Origin: an uncultured Planctomycetales bacterium | GTDB taxonomy: Bacteria > Omnitrophota > Gorgyraeia > Zapsychrales > Fredricksoniimonadaceae | Length of the DNA: 64,000 bases | Direction: 5' to 3' | Assembly: GCA_964483785.1 (NCBI GenBank) | Contig: CAZACW010000003.1 | Location: forward strand, 20,559 to 84,558 | Shown here: positions 23,863-33,459 of the stretch, piece by piece | Layout of the letters: each line of letters starts with the position of its first letter | How positions within the stretch are numbered: position 1 is the stretch's first letter | The notes under the pieces: generated by a model | Told to the model about the DNA's origin: nothing | What the model saw: the letters and a program-made list of their open reading frames with translations, nothing else | Databases searched by the model: none | Translations under genes and position numbers: made by a program

Positions 23863-24495
23863 TTAAGGTAGGTATTGCGATAATTTTGGACCTAACATGC
23901 TGGCAAATGCATCGATACGTTTTGAGGCCTCATTTTGACGCCCATCAATAATGTCAGCAGAAATCCTAATTAGAGCAGTACCTGTTCTCTTACCGGTCAA
24001 GGTATTATAGGCTGATAAGGTCTGCTGTTTCCAATAGCTGTGGGTGTACAAATTACCCACCTTAAACCAATAATAGACAATTTGCTGGTTTTGGTCATTA
24101 TCCAGCAAAAGCCAGTTGACCTTGATCTTGGGCCGAGAAGGGTTAATTATAATAGTATTCTTGCCCTTGTCAAGGATAGAAAATCCTGAATCCTTGTAAA
24201 AAATATCCGGCGGATTGGCGGCTTTGGGATTGCTTTGGGAATAGGCAATATATAAATAAATCCGCCCATGTCTGGCAGAATCATAACGCCTCAGAAAGGC
24301 GTTCTTGGTTTCCAAAATAGACACGTCCACCCTGCCCAAAGGCAGTTCCTGCGCAGTCCAGGGGCCGATGGTGGCGGGGAATTTTTCAACGCTGATGGAG
24401 TCCGGGTGATTAAAAGAAGTGGAATAATATTCCCATGAAATGAACATGGTGAAGATGGCCAGGGTCAGAATAAAAAAATAGTAGCGTGAGGGCAT
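23863..24495 (-). CDS. epsI: EpsI family exosortase-associated protein
   Basis: FPATIGPW, RRY, LYIAY, VYYWFKVG, ALIRIS. Directly downstream of the exosortase. Confidence 0.8.
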   Translation of the reverse strand: MPSRYYFFILTLAIFTMFISWEYYSTSFNHPDSISVEKFPATIGPWTAQELPLGRVDVSILETKNAFLRRYDSARHGRIYLYIAYSQSNPKAANPPDIFYKDSGFSILDKGKNTIIINPSRPKIKVNWLLLDNDQNQQIVYYWFKVGNLYTHSYWKQQTLSAYNTLTGKRTGTALIRISADIIDGRQNEASKRIDAFASMLGPKLSQYLP

Positions 24496-24496
24496 T

Positions 24497-25324
24497 TTAG
24501 GTCAATAGTTTTTTAACGGTAAAAAGCATCAAAAAAGCAAAAATAAAGACCATGTACCCTGATAATCCATGGAGAAAGCCCTGGGTGTATTGCGTTCCCC
24601 AGATCTCCCCTACCGCAGCCAAGAACACGATGCGCAGGGCATTGGTGACCACGGCAATGGGGATGGCCGAGGCAAAAAGCAGGATTTTTTTCGACAATCT
24701 CAATTTCAAGCGGTAGGCAAAGATACTGCCTAAGGCAGCCAGGGAGATCAGGGACCTTAAGCCGCCGCAGGAATCCTCCACTTCCACGTAACTATGGGAC
24801 ATCATGATCAAACTGCTCTGCTGCAGCGCGGGAAGGCCCATGAGATTGAGGACCAAGGTGGCCAGGTGCGCGGCGATGATTTTCAATTTAAAACACACAA
24901 AAGCGACCAGGATGATGGGCATGGGCACCATGAAGGCCAGAAACAATACCGGAAAACGGATTTCCTTGAGCGTCCTTTCCCCGTAAAAATACAGGATAAG
25001 GCCAGCGAGGATGATGATCATGGCGAAACCTGAGGTGAAATACACATGCAGAATGGCGCTGGCCCAATAGAGGATGACGCCTGCGCTAAATAGTTCAAAT
25101 CCCCAATGGGAGGGTTTAACCGGGATTTTTTTAAGGACAGCCCTTTTTTTCCAAATCAAAAATGCGGAGATGACGGGGATGAGAATGCCGTGGCTGTAAT
25201 AGGAATTGTCCGCGAACCAGCGGTCCCACATCCACAGCATGGTCGGGAAAAACGCGGCCAGCAAAAAGACAAATACCAGCAATTCCCGTTGATGGTCCCT
25301 GATCAGGGCCTTGGTCTGGAGCAT
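24497..25324 (-). CDS. xrt: Exosortase (EpsH family)
   Basis: YYSHGILIP; catalytic Cys (VEDSCGGLRSL), Arg (NALRI) and His (LHGLSG); multi-TM. Start set at MLQTKA. Confidence 0.93.
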   Translation of the reverse strand: MLQTKALIRDHQRELLVFVFLLAAFFPTMLWMWDRWFADNSYYSHGILIPVISAFLIWKKRAVLKKIPVKPSHWGFELFSAGVILYWASAILHVYFTSGFAMIIILAGLILYFYGERTLKEIRFPVLFLAFMVPMPIILVAFVCFKLKIIAAHLATLVLNLMGLPALQQSSLIMMSHSYVEVEDSCGGLRSLISLAALGSIFAYRLKLRLSKKILLFASAIPIAVVTNALRIVFLAAVGEIWGTQYTQGFLHGLSGYMVFIFAFLMLFTVKKLLT

Positions 25325-25325
25325 A

Positions 25326-26477
25326 TCATGGGTGCCGCGCCTTTGTCCAGGCGGCCTGCTGTTGGGCCGTGACAAAACGCCAAAAGCCGGCCAGCGCTGA
25401 GAAATTCAAAAGACAGAACACATACGGCACGTAGCAAACTTTGGAGATGTATTTCAAAAGGCCCTGGCGGCCCTCCCGCGTCAGATGCCCGATGAGGGCC
25501 GCCAGATAAAAGGCGGATTGAAGGACAAAGAAAAATCGGAAAACAGCATCATAAATTAGCACAAGATTGATCAAAAATAAAGCGATAAGGCAAAACGGGA
25601 CCATGACTCTCAGGAATTTATGGGAGATCAAGGGCCAGGCAATGGGGCTTTTCAAGGGGATGAACATGTCCGGAAAAAGGAAAAAAATCTGGTAATTGCC
25701 AAACAGGGTCCTGGTCTTGCGGCGGTATTCTTCCTTGGGGGAAGCTGCTACCTCATCAAAGGCCAGGGCACTGCCGTCGAAGACGGCCCGAAAACCCTGG
25801 CGGATGATGGCCAAGGGAATGTACATATCATCCAGGACAATGTCCAAAGGCCCGGGGACAAACAGATTTTTACGGATGGCGTAAATGGCGCCGGTCGAAC
25901 CCAGCATGGAATGCAGGGCGCTTTCCTGGCGGCGGATGAATTTTTCATAGGTCCAATACAGGCTGACCCCCTGGGCCGTGCTCCCTTGCTTGGGCGCGAA
26001 GACCAATTCCCCGCTGACACAGCCGATCTTGGGGTCGGCGAAATTGGCGGTCAATTGCTTCAGCGCGCCGGGGTCGATGTTTTGCCTGGCATCATTGAAA
26101 AAGATGATCTCATGGCCGGCATGCTCCACCAGGCTGTTGAGGGTGGCCATTTTTCCCTGGCGCTTTGGATTGACAAAGAGTTTGACCCGCGGGCTTAAAT
26201 AAGGGCGGATGATCTCATGGGTCAGGTCGCTGGAGCCGTCGGAGCCGATCAAAATTTCCAATTTGTTTTCGGGGTAATCGAGTTTAAGGAGATTTTGGAT
26301 TTTGGGACCGATCACATCTTCTTCATTGTAGACCGAGATGAGCAGAGAAACCGTCGGCTCATAGGAGGATTTATGCACCGGGTTTTTCAAAAGCCTGGCC
26401 AGCGCAAAGACCAGGCAGGGATAAAGAAAATAACAATAAACGACGAGCGACAAAATCGTCCAGAAGAGGATGGTCAT
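25326..26477 (-). CDS. GT2 membrane glycosyltransferase (PgaC/IcaA-like)
   Basis: YNEE, DGSSD, FNDA, GAIYAIR, DDM, EYRRK.R; C-terminal TM segments. Confidence 0.9.
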   Translation of the reverse strand: MTILFWTILSLVVYCYFLYPCLVFALARLLKNPVHKSSYEPTVSLLISVYNEEDVIGPKIQNLLKLDYPENKLEILIGSDGSSDLTHEIIRPYLSPRVKLFVNPKRQGKMATLNSLVEHAGHEIIFFNDARQNIDPGALKQLTANFADPKIGCVSGELVFAPKQGSTAQGVSLYWTYEKFIRRQESALHSMLGSTGAIYAIRKNLFVPGPLDIVLDDMYIPLAIIRQGFRAVFDGSALAFDEVAASPKEEYRRKTRTLFGNYQIFFLFPDMFIPLKSPIAWPLISHKFLRVMVPFCLIALFLINLVLIYDAVFRFFFVLQSAFYLAALIGHLTREGRQGLLKYISKVCYVPYVFCLLNFSALAGFWRFVTAQQQAAWTKARHP

Positions 26478-27256
26478 TGGATGAGTTTAATGAAGAGGCT
26501 GCGCAGTCCATTGTATCCGTTTTCGCGCAGCAGGATTTTCAAGGTCCTTTTGACCGCGTCCCCCGTCCTTTCCAGGAAAGGGGTCTTGCCATGCATGGCC
26601 AGATCGAAACGGGCCAGGTTCCAATGGGACTTGACCGCGATGCGGCTGATGCATCCTGATTTAAGCCAGGCCTGGGGTTCAGAAATGAAAATGGTCTTAT
26701 ACCCCAGCCCATAGGCGGTCTCGATGATTTTTTCGTTGCAAAACCCCCTGGGGATGGACAGGGCATCAATGCTGATCCCCAAATTTTTTTCCAGGTTTTT
26801 TTTGGAGGCCCGCAATTCCTCCTCCATTTGGGAATCCAGCAAATTGGTGAGGATCTCATGGCTCAAGCCGTGGGAGCCGATCACCATGCCGGCCTCATGC
26901 AGTTCTTTGAGCTCCTTCCAGCCCATATAGCCGTCCCTGCCCACCCTTTTGATGATGATGAAAAAATAAGCCTTCCATCCCATGCTTTTTAAGACCGGCA
27001 GGGCCTGCTTGTGATTGTTCATTTCCCCGTCGTCAAAGGTGATGATCACGGGTTTGGGGCCCATCAGCGCTGCGGTGTTTTCATACAGCGTTGGTTCAAA
27101 TCCCTGCTCTTTGAGCCAGTTCATCTGGGTGACGAAATTATCCAGGGACACATCATACAGGTGCGCCCCTGTTTCGCGGTCATCCGGCAGACGGCCCGGC
27201 TCATTGGCACTGATGCCGTGGTACATCAGGGTGATGGGATTAAGTCCTTGAGGCAC
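26474..27256 (-). CDS. Polysaccharide deacetylase (CE4)
   Basis: LMYH, ITFDDG, IGSHGLSH, SIPRG. Confidence 0.9.
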   Translation of the reverse strand: MPQGLNPITLMYHGISANEPGRLPDDRETGAHLYDVSLDNFVTQMNWLKEQGFEPTLYENTAALMGPKPVIITFDDGEMNNHKQALPVLKSMGWKAYFFIIIKRVGRDGYMGWKELKELHEAGMVIGSHGLSHEILTNLLDSQMEEELRASKKNLEKNLGISIDALSIPRGFCNEKIIETAYGLGYKTIFISEPQAWLKSGCISRIAVKSHWNLARFDLAMHGKTPFLERTGDAVKRTLKILLRENGYNGLRSLFIKLIQ

Positions 27257-27275
27257 AAGGCCGCTCCTTGAAATT

Positions 27276-27809
27276 TTACGATTCCATTAAACTCATGCGC
27301 GCCACCACAATGCGGCCGCGCAAGGACCCCGACGCATCGGAGTATTTTTCCAGGTTGAGCGCATTGATAAAGTAAAAGTTGGGCGGGTCCTGCAAGGCGC
27401 GCAAAAACTGCACGATGTCCAGCCATTGCCCGTCGATTTCCAGCTCCACCGGGAAAAAACTGGCCTCTTTCTGGATGAAGGACCTTTGCGGCTGGATATT
27501 GGCGATATGGATATTGCTTTCCCTGGCCGCGGCCTCGATTTTGGAGATGATCGCAGGGGCCTGGGTCTCTTCTGACCCGGCCAGGCCGATGGCATCCGCC
27601 AGATTATGGTACCTGGTTTCGATCATGCCCCCCTGGCCCAAGACCTGGCGGCTCTTTAAAAGTCTGGCCTTGGTGACCCGCAGTTGATCGTCGATGTCCG
27701 CGGCCCCTTCCTTAACGGGCCTGATCACCCAGAGGTAAACAAGAAAAACAGCCGAAAGCCCCAGGGTGATGCTCAGGATGATGGTTTCGCGTTGGCTAAG
27801 CTTTTTCAT
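27276..27809 (-). CDS. GspM/PilO-like inner-membrane platform protein
   Basis: LSQRE-TM-coiled coil-ferredoxin-like pattern (G.W.DIVQFL); T2SS operon context. Confidence 0.78.
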   Translation of the reverse strand: MKKLSQRETIILSITLGLSAVFLVYLWVIRPVKEGAADIDDQLRVTKARLLKSRQVLGQGGMIETRYHNLADAIGLAGSEETQAPAIISKIEAAARESNIHIANIQPQRSFIQKEASFFPVELEIDGQWLDIVQFLRALQDPPNFYFINALNLEKYSDASGSLRGRIVVARMSLMES

Positions 27810-29235
27810 GCGGTGCGCTCATGGGTTTAAAGGCGCAGGTGATCTTGAAATAATCCACTTCTCCCTGCTGGGTCACCCGTTTATTGACATAATCCAAATT
27901 CACATTGGAAAATTTTTGGTAATTGGCCAGGTCTTTTTGGAATTGGTTGACATCGACGGGGTTTGAGGCCACCCCTTGAAACGAGAGGCTGTTGTTTTCA
28001 TTCAGGGCCATGCTGACCAGATACACCTGGGCCGGCAGGACACGGTAAATTTCCAAGGCCAAATCAGAAAAGACCAGGCGGTTTTTGACCATCGATTCAA
28101 TATCATGGATTTTTTTCAGCCGCTCCTCCACCTTCTGGGCCGCTTCTTTGGTGGTGCGCAGCTGGTCCTTAAGCTTGGCCAGCTGGATATTTTTTTTGAC
28201 ATAGCCCATGCTTAAAGAGAGCCCCAGGGCGGCCAGGGCCGCGGCCAGCCAAAGGCCGCAGATGATCAGCTGGCGCTGATGCATCTTTTGTTCCTGGGAT
28301 TGCCGCACAGCTGTTGGGACCAAATTGATGGGCGGTGTTTGACTGCTTAAGGCAATGCCGGCCAGCGGCGCCAGGGACATGCCCTCTTGCGTGCATAAGG
28401 AGGGTATGCGCACATCACGGGCCAATTTTAAGAATTTTGTCAACAGCACATCCTGAATGTTTAAGGCATTTTGGGTTTTGGTCAGTTCCTGGCCAAGGGC
28501 AAAAGCCCCTTCCCAGCAGCTGATGATATACACCGTGTCCAAGGCCTGGGCCGCCTTTTCGCCGCCGATATTATGCTGGGTCAGTTCCCATTGTTTTAAT
28601 ATTTCCCCATAACCGTCCTGAGCGATCTGGGTGAGACCCGACGGCAATTCTCTCGATGCAGACCAGTGCGCGGGATGGCAGACGCAGATTTCGCTTTTGT
28701 CAAGGTCAAGGTCAAAGACCGCCGCAGGCTTGTCCCCTGTATTGGGCCATTGGGTGTAAAGGTTCCAGAGGCCGATGGAGGAGAGCGTGATGCTGTGCAC
28801 CCTGACCTTGGCCTCCGCGAAGATTTTCCAATAGCGCATGGCGGTTTCCTGCGGGATGATGACCACAGCCACCTTGGCGTATCCGTCGGGAGATTTGGCC
28901 AGGACTTGAAAATCCATCTGCACTTCTTCCAATTCATAGGGAATGCTGCTGCTAACCTGCAGTTCGATCATGGAACGGATCTCGCTGTCCTGATGGGAAG
29001 GCACGGACATCAAACGCAGGATCACCCGCGAGCGCGGGATCACCACGGTCACCCTGGCCTCGTTCAAATTTAATCTGCGCCTTTTAAGAAAGGTCCAGAG
29101 GCCCTGGCTGATTTGAGCTTCGCTCTGGCCTTTGATCAAAAGCACATCCAGGGCCGTAACGAGCTTGGAGCTTGTCAGGACCTGTAAAAATTTGATGCGT
29201 TCCTCGTCGATATAAAACACGGCGTTGGATTTCAT
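27796..29235 (-). CDS. GspL/PilM-PilN fusion-like protein
   Basis: Actin-like cytoplasmic domain, INLVP motif, TM, coiled coil, PilN-like C-terminus. Start set at MKSNAV. Confidence 0.8.
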   Translation of the reverse strand: MKSNAVFYIDEERIKFLQVLTSSKLVTALDVLLIKGQSEAQISQGLWTFLKRRRLNLNEARVTVVIPRSRVILRLMSVPSHQDSEIRSMIELQVSSSIPYELEEVQMDFQVLAKSPDGYAKVAVVIIPQETAMRYWKIFAEAKVRVHSITLSSIGLWNLYTQWPNTGDKPAAVFDLDLDKSEICVCHPAHWSASRELPSGLTQIAQDGYGEILKQWELTQHNIGGEKAAQALDTVYIISCWEGAFALGQELTKTQNALNIQDVLLTKFLKLARDVRIPSLCTQEGMSLAPLAGIALSSQTPPINLVPTAVRQSQEQKMHQRQLIICGLWLAAALAALGLSLSMGYVKKNIQLAKLKDQLRTTKEAAQKVEERLKKIHDIESMVKNRLVFSDLALEIYRVLPAQVYLVSMALNENNSLSFQGVASNPVDVNQFQKDLANYQKFSNVNLDYVNKRVTQQGEVDYFKITCAFKPMSAPHEKA

Positions 29236-29237
29236 CT

Positions 29238-30254
29238 TTAATCCCTTTGCCGGGACACCAGAACGGCCGGCGCGCCGGGCACGCGATGGATCACCGCTTC
29301 GATGATGGATCGCGCACCGCTGACAGCGTCGATGCCGATGACCCTGGCCCGGTAATAATTGGAGACCCCTTCCTGCAGGGCCGCGGGCCAATTGGGGTCA
29401 GCCACGCTGGCCAAGGACCCTGCCCCGTCGTCCAAGGTAAAAGACCGGCTGTCCGCGCCGTCGCGCAGGGCATAGGCTTGGCTGATCACCTCATCGGCGT
29501 TGACAGACGGATTAACGCGGGCCGCGGCATGGACAACGGCCTGGATCACGTCATTGTCGGCCGTGTCCACATTGACTCTAAGGCCGTTTTGGATGTCCCC
29601 ATAAACAGTCACATCGTCTTTTATTTTAGCAAAAATTTCCTTGGTCATGCCATTTACTTCCAATAATTCCAGGAGATTTTCATAGGGCCTGTTTTTGGTC
29701 TTCAACAGCGCATCATCCAGGTTTTTGAAAGACTGATTGTTGCTGGCCTGCGCGTTTAAGCCCGTGTAATTGACGATGGCCAGGGCCAGCCTGTCCCCTT
29801 CTGCCAATGAAAGGCCATAGACCTGCAGCAAGGCGCTGAGGACCTGGTAATTGGAAATCCCGATGGCATTGATATTGATGCGCCCCCCTTCATCCCTGAT
29901 GCCGTATTGCATCTGCCCGTCGTCCACACCGTTGAAATGCGCTGCCGGCCAGGCGATGATGGCGTAGTTACGGGGGCCGGTGTCGACATGGGAAAATAAT
30001 GTTTCAGGGCTTTGGGTGGCGCTGATCAGAATGCCGTCGGAATATAAACAGTCCTTGGCCGCGGGCGCTTTTTGCAGAAGATCCAGGACCTGATTGAGCC
30101 CGGAGCGCGCGGCTGCCAGGGAGCGCAGTTTTCCCCGGTAGGTGTCGACCAGGGACACTTCCAGCGCGGCGCGCCGGCCAAGGCCCCAGGCGATCAAGGC
30201 CAAAATGATCAGGACCCATAAGGCCACGATCAAGACAGCGCCTCTATTGTTCAT
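29238..30254 (-). CDS. gspK: T2SS minor pseudopilin GspK
   Basis: RG|AVLIVALWV, DEGGRININ, ELLEVNGM, VNVDTA. Start set at MNNRG. Confidence 0.88.
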   Translation of the reverse strand: MNNRGAVLIVALWVLIILALIAWGLGRRAALEVSLVDTYRGKLRSLAAARSGLNQVLDLLQKAPAAKDCLYSDGILISATQSPETLFSHVDTGPRNYAIIAWPAAHFNGVDDGQMQYGIRDEGGRININAIGISNYQVLSALLQVYGLSLAEGDRLALAIVNYTGLNAQASNNQSFKNLDDALLKTKNRPYENLLELLEVNGMTKEIFAKIKDDVTVYGDIQNGLRVNVDTADNDVIQAVVHAAARVNPSVNADEVISQAYALRDGADSRSFTLDDGAGSLASVADPNWPAALQEGVSNYYRARVIGIDAVSGARSIIEAVIHRVPGAPAVLVSRQRD

Positions 30255-30972
30255 TGTACAGGCCCTCCACCGGCGGCAAGTAAAAATCACGTTTAAACAC
30301 CGGGCCTCCTGCGCGGCTGGACGGATCAGACAGCACAAAGGCGCAGGACACGGCCAAAGGGAGCCCTTTTTCGTCCCAGCTTTCGGCAAAATTCAGCTCC
30401 TGCGCCCCGCCTGTATGCAGGTTTTTGGTAAAAGGCGCAAAGCGGCAGTTGAAGCTTCCTTTTTTTAAACCAGCGGCGATGATTTGGGTGGACGCATCAT
30501 GGTTCGTTTCATTAAGCCAGTCCGCCAAACTGCTTTCCTGCCTCAGCAAAAACTCATCCGGCGATGACCCTGAATTTGCGCTGCCGCCGTGATTGACCAC
30601 GCGGCCGATCATGGCATAGGCCAGGCCTCCTGGCGGCGGAAGGCCGGCATAATAACGGACATGTTTAAGGCCCGATGGGGTCTGGGTCATGAAGGAGAAT
30701 TCCTGCGCCTGGCCTTCAAAGACCGCGGCATCGGGATAGGAACCGGACAGATCGAGGCTGACCGCATTGTCCAGGTCGCGGGTCATGGCTTGATCCGCCA
30801 GCAGGATTTCCATCCAATGGTCATGGCTGTGCCTCAAGCGTTCATCGAGTTTCATGGAAGACCAAAAGAGATTGTAAACGCTGACGCCGATGATGGCGGC
30901 GATGGCCAGCCCCAGCAGAACTTCGACGAGGGTAAAGGCCCGGGGTGAATGTTGGAGTCGTTTAATTCTCAT
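30244..30972 (-). CDS. Minor pseudopilin (GspJ-like)
   Basis: Prepilin motif RA|FTLVEVLL, RDLDN, LP.AV. Confidence 0.8.
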   Translation of the reverse strand: MRIKRLQHSPRAFTLVEVLLGLAIAAIIGVSVYNLFWSSMKLDERLRHSHDHWMEILLADQAMTRDLDNAVSLDLSGSYPDAAVFEGQAQEFSFMTQTPSGLKHVRYYAGLPPPGGLAYAMIGRVVNHGGSANSGSSPDEFLLRQESSLADWLNETNHDASTQIIAAGLKKGSFNCRFAPFTKNLHTGGAQELNFAESWDEKGLPLAVSCAFVLSDPSSRAGGPVFKRDFYLPPVEGLYNEQ

Positions 30973-31336
30973 CGAGGCTGTACAGGATTGAGCTTACGGC
31001 CATGCGGTTTGCACCTGACCCGGCGGGCCATTGCAAGGTCAGGTCCACTTTTTTCAAATGCGCATTGACCCTGCTGGTTTGGGCGCTTGTGGTCATGAGC
31101 TCATAGGGCTTGTCCATGGGCCGCGCCGCGCTCTCCAGCTGGTCCGGTGCGCCGCTGCTGGCCCACAGGAGCCCCAATTGGTTTTCCATGGCGAGCAAAG
31201 CCCTGACTGTTTCCTGAAACCTGAGGCCGGTGCGGTAATTGGTCCAGAGCGATTCGACGATGAAGGTCAGGACAATGCTGACAATGACAATGGTCAGCAC
31301 GGCCTCCAAGAGCATAAACCCGTTTTTATTCTTCAT
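30962..31336 (-). CDS. Minor pseudopilin (GspI-like)
   Basis: NG|FMLLEAVL; size and position in the operon. Confidence 0.78.
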   Translation of the reverse strand: MKNKNGFMLLEAVLTIVIVSIVLTFIVESLWTNYRTGLRFQETVRALLAMENQLGLLWASSGAPDQLESAARPMDKPYELMTTSAQTSRVNAHLKKVDLTLQWPAGSGANRMAVSSILYSLDEN

Positions 31337-31823
31337 GGTCTTCCTTGATCATCATGCCCCGCACCGTGGATGAGCTTAAGGTGGTTTTGAAAGCGGATGA
31401 ATCCAGGACAATGGACGCGGGATCAATGGTCCCGTCCGGATGAAACTGAATGCTTGAGGGTTGCACATCGACCCGCACAGCCTCTGGCACAGGGTGCGGC
31501 CTGCCTAAGGAGCCGTTGACCGGCTCAAAACTGTCCTCTTCATCCTCTGCCTGGCCTTCCTTGGCGCGCATCAGTTTATACGCGCGGCCGTCCTCGGCAA
31601 AGCGCAAGGCATAGGCCCTTTGCTGGCCGATGGCCATGGCCTGCGCCCAGCGGCTGATGTGAAGCAAATCATCCGCGGTCTGGTTCAACTGAAAATGCGC
31701 GTAACCTTTGGAAAAATTGGGCGCGCTAAGCGCCAGGACGATCCCCAGCACGATGATGACCAAAAGCAATTCCACAAGCGTCAGGCCGCTATTTGCCTTC
31801 GGTGCCCCAATTGGTGATATCAT
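31326..31823 (-). CDS. Minor pseudopilin (GspH-like)
   Basis: SG|LTLVELLLV, IQFHPDG. Start set at MISPIG. Confidence 0.8.
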   Translation of the reverse strand: MISPIGAPKANSGLTLVELLLVIIVLGIVLALSAPNFSKGYAHFQLNQTADDLLHISRWAQAMAIGQQRAYALRFAEDGRAYKLMRAKEGQAEDEEDSFEPVNGSLGRPHPVPEAVRVDVQPSSIQFHPDGTIDPASIVLDSSAFKTTLSSSTVRGMMIKEDHEE

Positions 31824-32226
31824 CGCCGCTTTCCACCCCGTCAGGGCCCGGGGACGATAGATCATAGCTTTCCGGATTGTGCTGGCCCGGAGCTGTGTAC
31901 ACATAATCATGGCCCCAGGGGTCCTTGGGGATTTTTTTCTTTTTCAAATAAGGGCCGCTCCAATTTTCCGGGACCGGAGAGGCCGTGGGCTGTGCGATCA
32001 GGGCGGCAAGGCCCTGTTCCGTGTTGGGGTATTGGCCCACGTCCATCTTGTAAAGGTCCAAGGCCGTGCTTAAGTTGGATTCGAGGTCTGTGCGGGCCGC
32101 GGTCTTGCGCGCCTGCTCGCTGCGGCCGGCGATATTGGGGACCAGCATGGCCACCAGGATCCCGATGATGATCACCACCAGCATGATTTCGATGAGCGTA
32201 AATCCCCGTCTGGATGAATCGAACAT
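31789..32226 (-). CDS. gspG: T2SS major pseudopilin
   Basis: G|FTLIE, ALDLY..D.G.YP.TEQGL.AL, W.GPYL, PKDPWG, GPDG..DDITNW. Confidence 0.96.
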   Translation of the reverse strand: MFDSSRRGFTLIEIMLVVIIIGILVAMLVPNIAGRSEQARKTAARTDLESNLSTALDLYKMDVGQYPNTEQGLAALIAQPTASPVPENWSGPYLKKKKIPKDPWGHDYVYTAPGQHNPESYDLSSPGPDGVESGDDITNWGTEGK

Positions 32227-32238
32227 ACAGCTCTCCCG

Positions 32239-33453
32239 TCAATTAATGATCATATTCATTTGGAACATCGGCAAAAGCATGGCCACCACCATGAAGCCCA
32301 CAATGCCAACGACCACAACCAGGACCGCCGGCCCCAGGATGGTCACAAAGGTCTGGGCCAGGGCCTGTGAGCGGCGTTCGCAATGGTCAGCCAATTTGTA
32401 CAGCCCTTTTTCCAGTTTACCACTTTCCTGGCCCACGGCAATCAAATCCACGGCCATTTCAGGAAACAAGGTGCTTAATTTGATGGCTTGGGTCAGGCTC
32501 ATGCCGGACTTGACCCTGAGGGCCATTTTTTTGACTTCTTCCTGCAAGATGACATTGTCCATCACCTGGGTCACAGACTCCAGGGCCGTGACAATGGGTA
32601 CCCCGCTCTCTAAAAGCATCCCCAGGGTCCTGGCTAAGCGGCTTAATTGCGTATCTTCAATAAAGGTTTTAAGCAATGGGATTTTTAAACACAGGCCGTC
32701 CAGCCAGGCCTTGCCCGGCGCGGATTTGATGGAACGCATCAGTCCATAGGTTGCGGCCGCCGTCGCTGCGGCAATCAGCCACCAAAAGTGCGCAAAAAAT
32801 TGGCTGAGCGCAACGACGATCCGGGTGATCAAGGGCAGTTGGGCGTTTAAGTCGTCGAACATCAAGGTCAGGCGCGGCAACACAAAAGACAAGAGCACAT
32901 AAAGGGTCAAAAGCCCGACGGCCAAGATGATGGCAGGATACAACAGGCTTGAAGTGACCCTGGAGCGCATGCGCATATCCGCATCCAACAATTGGGCCAG
33001 CCTGTCCATGACTAAGGGCAGCTGGCCGCTGCTTTCCGCGGCCTTCACGGTATGGACATAAATAGGCAGAAATATTTTAGGAAATCTGGACAAGGCAAAG
33101 GAGAAACTCCCCCCTTGCTGCAGGCTCATATTCAAGGAGGCGATGATCAGCTGCATGAGCGGATATTGGCGCTGTTTGGACAAAATTTCCATGCACCGCG
33201 CCAAGGGGATCCCCGCTTCCAAAAGGTCCGCCAATTGCCGGGTAAATTGATAAAGGGCGGCCTGGGTGGTCTTGGTGGTGGTGATGGTGTCACCGGCATC
33301 GGGCAGGTCTATTTTTAAGTATTGTTTGACATCTAAGGGGACCTGGCCGGCATGGGTCAGTTTGGCAACGGCCTCAGCCAGGGTGTCTGCTTCGATCATG
33401 CCGTTGACCACATTTTGGGGACCGCTTTTGGCTGTGTAGGAAAATTGCGGCAT
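32239..33453 (-). CDS. gspF: T2SS inner-membrane platform protein
   Basis: FTRQLADLLEAGIPL, ESSGQL, YPA, GQESGKL, AMLLPMF. Confidence 0.93.
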   Translation of the reverse strand: MPQFSYTAKSGPQNVVNGMIEADTLAEAVAKLTHAGQVPLDVKQYLKIDLPDAGDTITTTKTTQAALYQFTRQLADLLEAGIPLARCMEILSKQRQYPLMQLIIASLNMSLQQGGSFSFALSRFPKIFLPIYVHTVKAAESSGQLPLVMDRLAQLLDADMRMRSRVTSSLLYPAIILAVGLLTLYVLLSFVLPRLTLMFDDLNAQLPLITRIVVALSQFFAHFWWLIAAATAAATYGLMRSIKSAPGKAWLDGLCLKIPLLKTFIEDTQLSRLARTLGMLLESGVPIVTALESVTQVMDNVILQEEVKKMALRVKSGMSLTQAIKLSTLFPEMAVDLIAVGQESGKLEKGLYKLADHCERRSQALAQTFVTILGPAVLVVVVGIVGFMVVAMLLPMFQMNMIIN

Positions 33454-33459
33454 AGGGCT

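Noticed and set aside
29236-30389. Long N-terminal extensions in the ORF track (pilM-like, gspK; likewise gspH, xrt, lhgO, SGNH)
   Set aside because: They overlap upstream genes. Downstream ATGs give the expected family N-termini.
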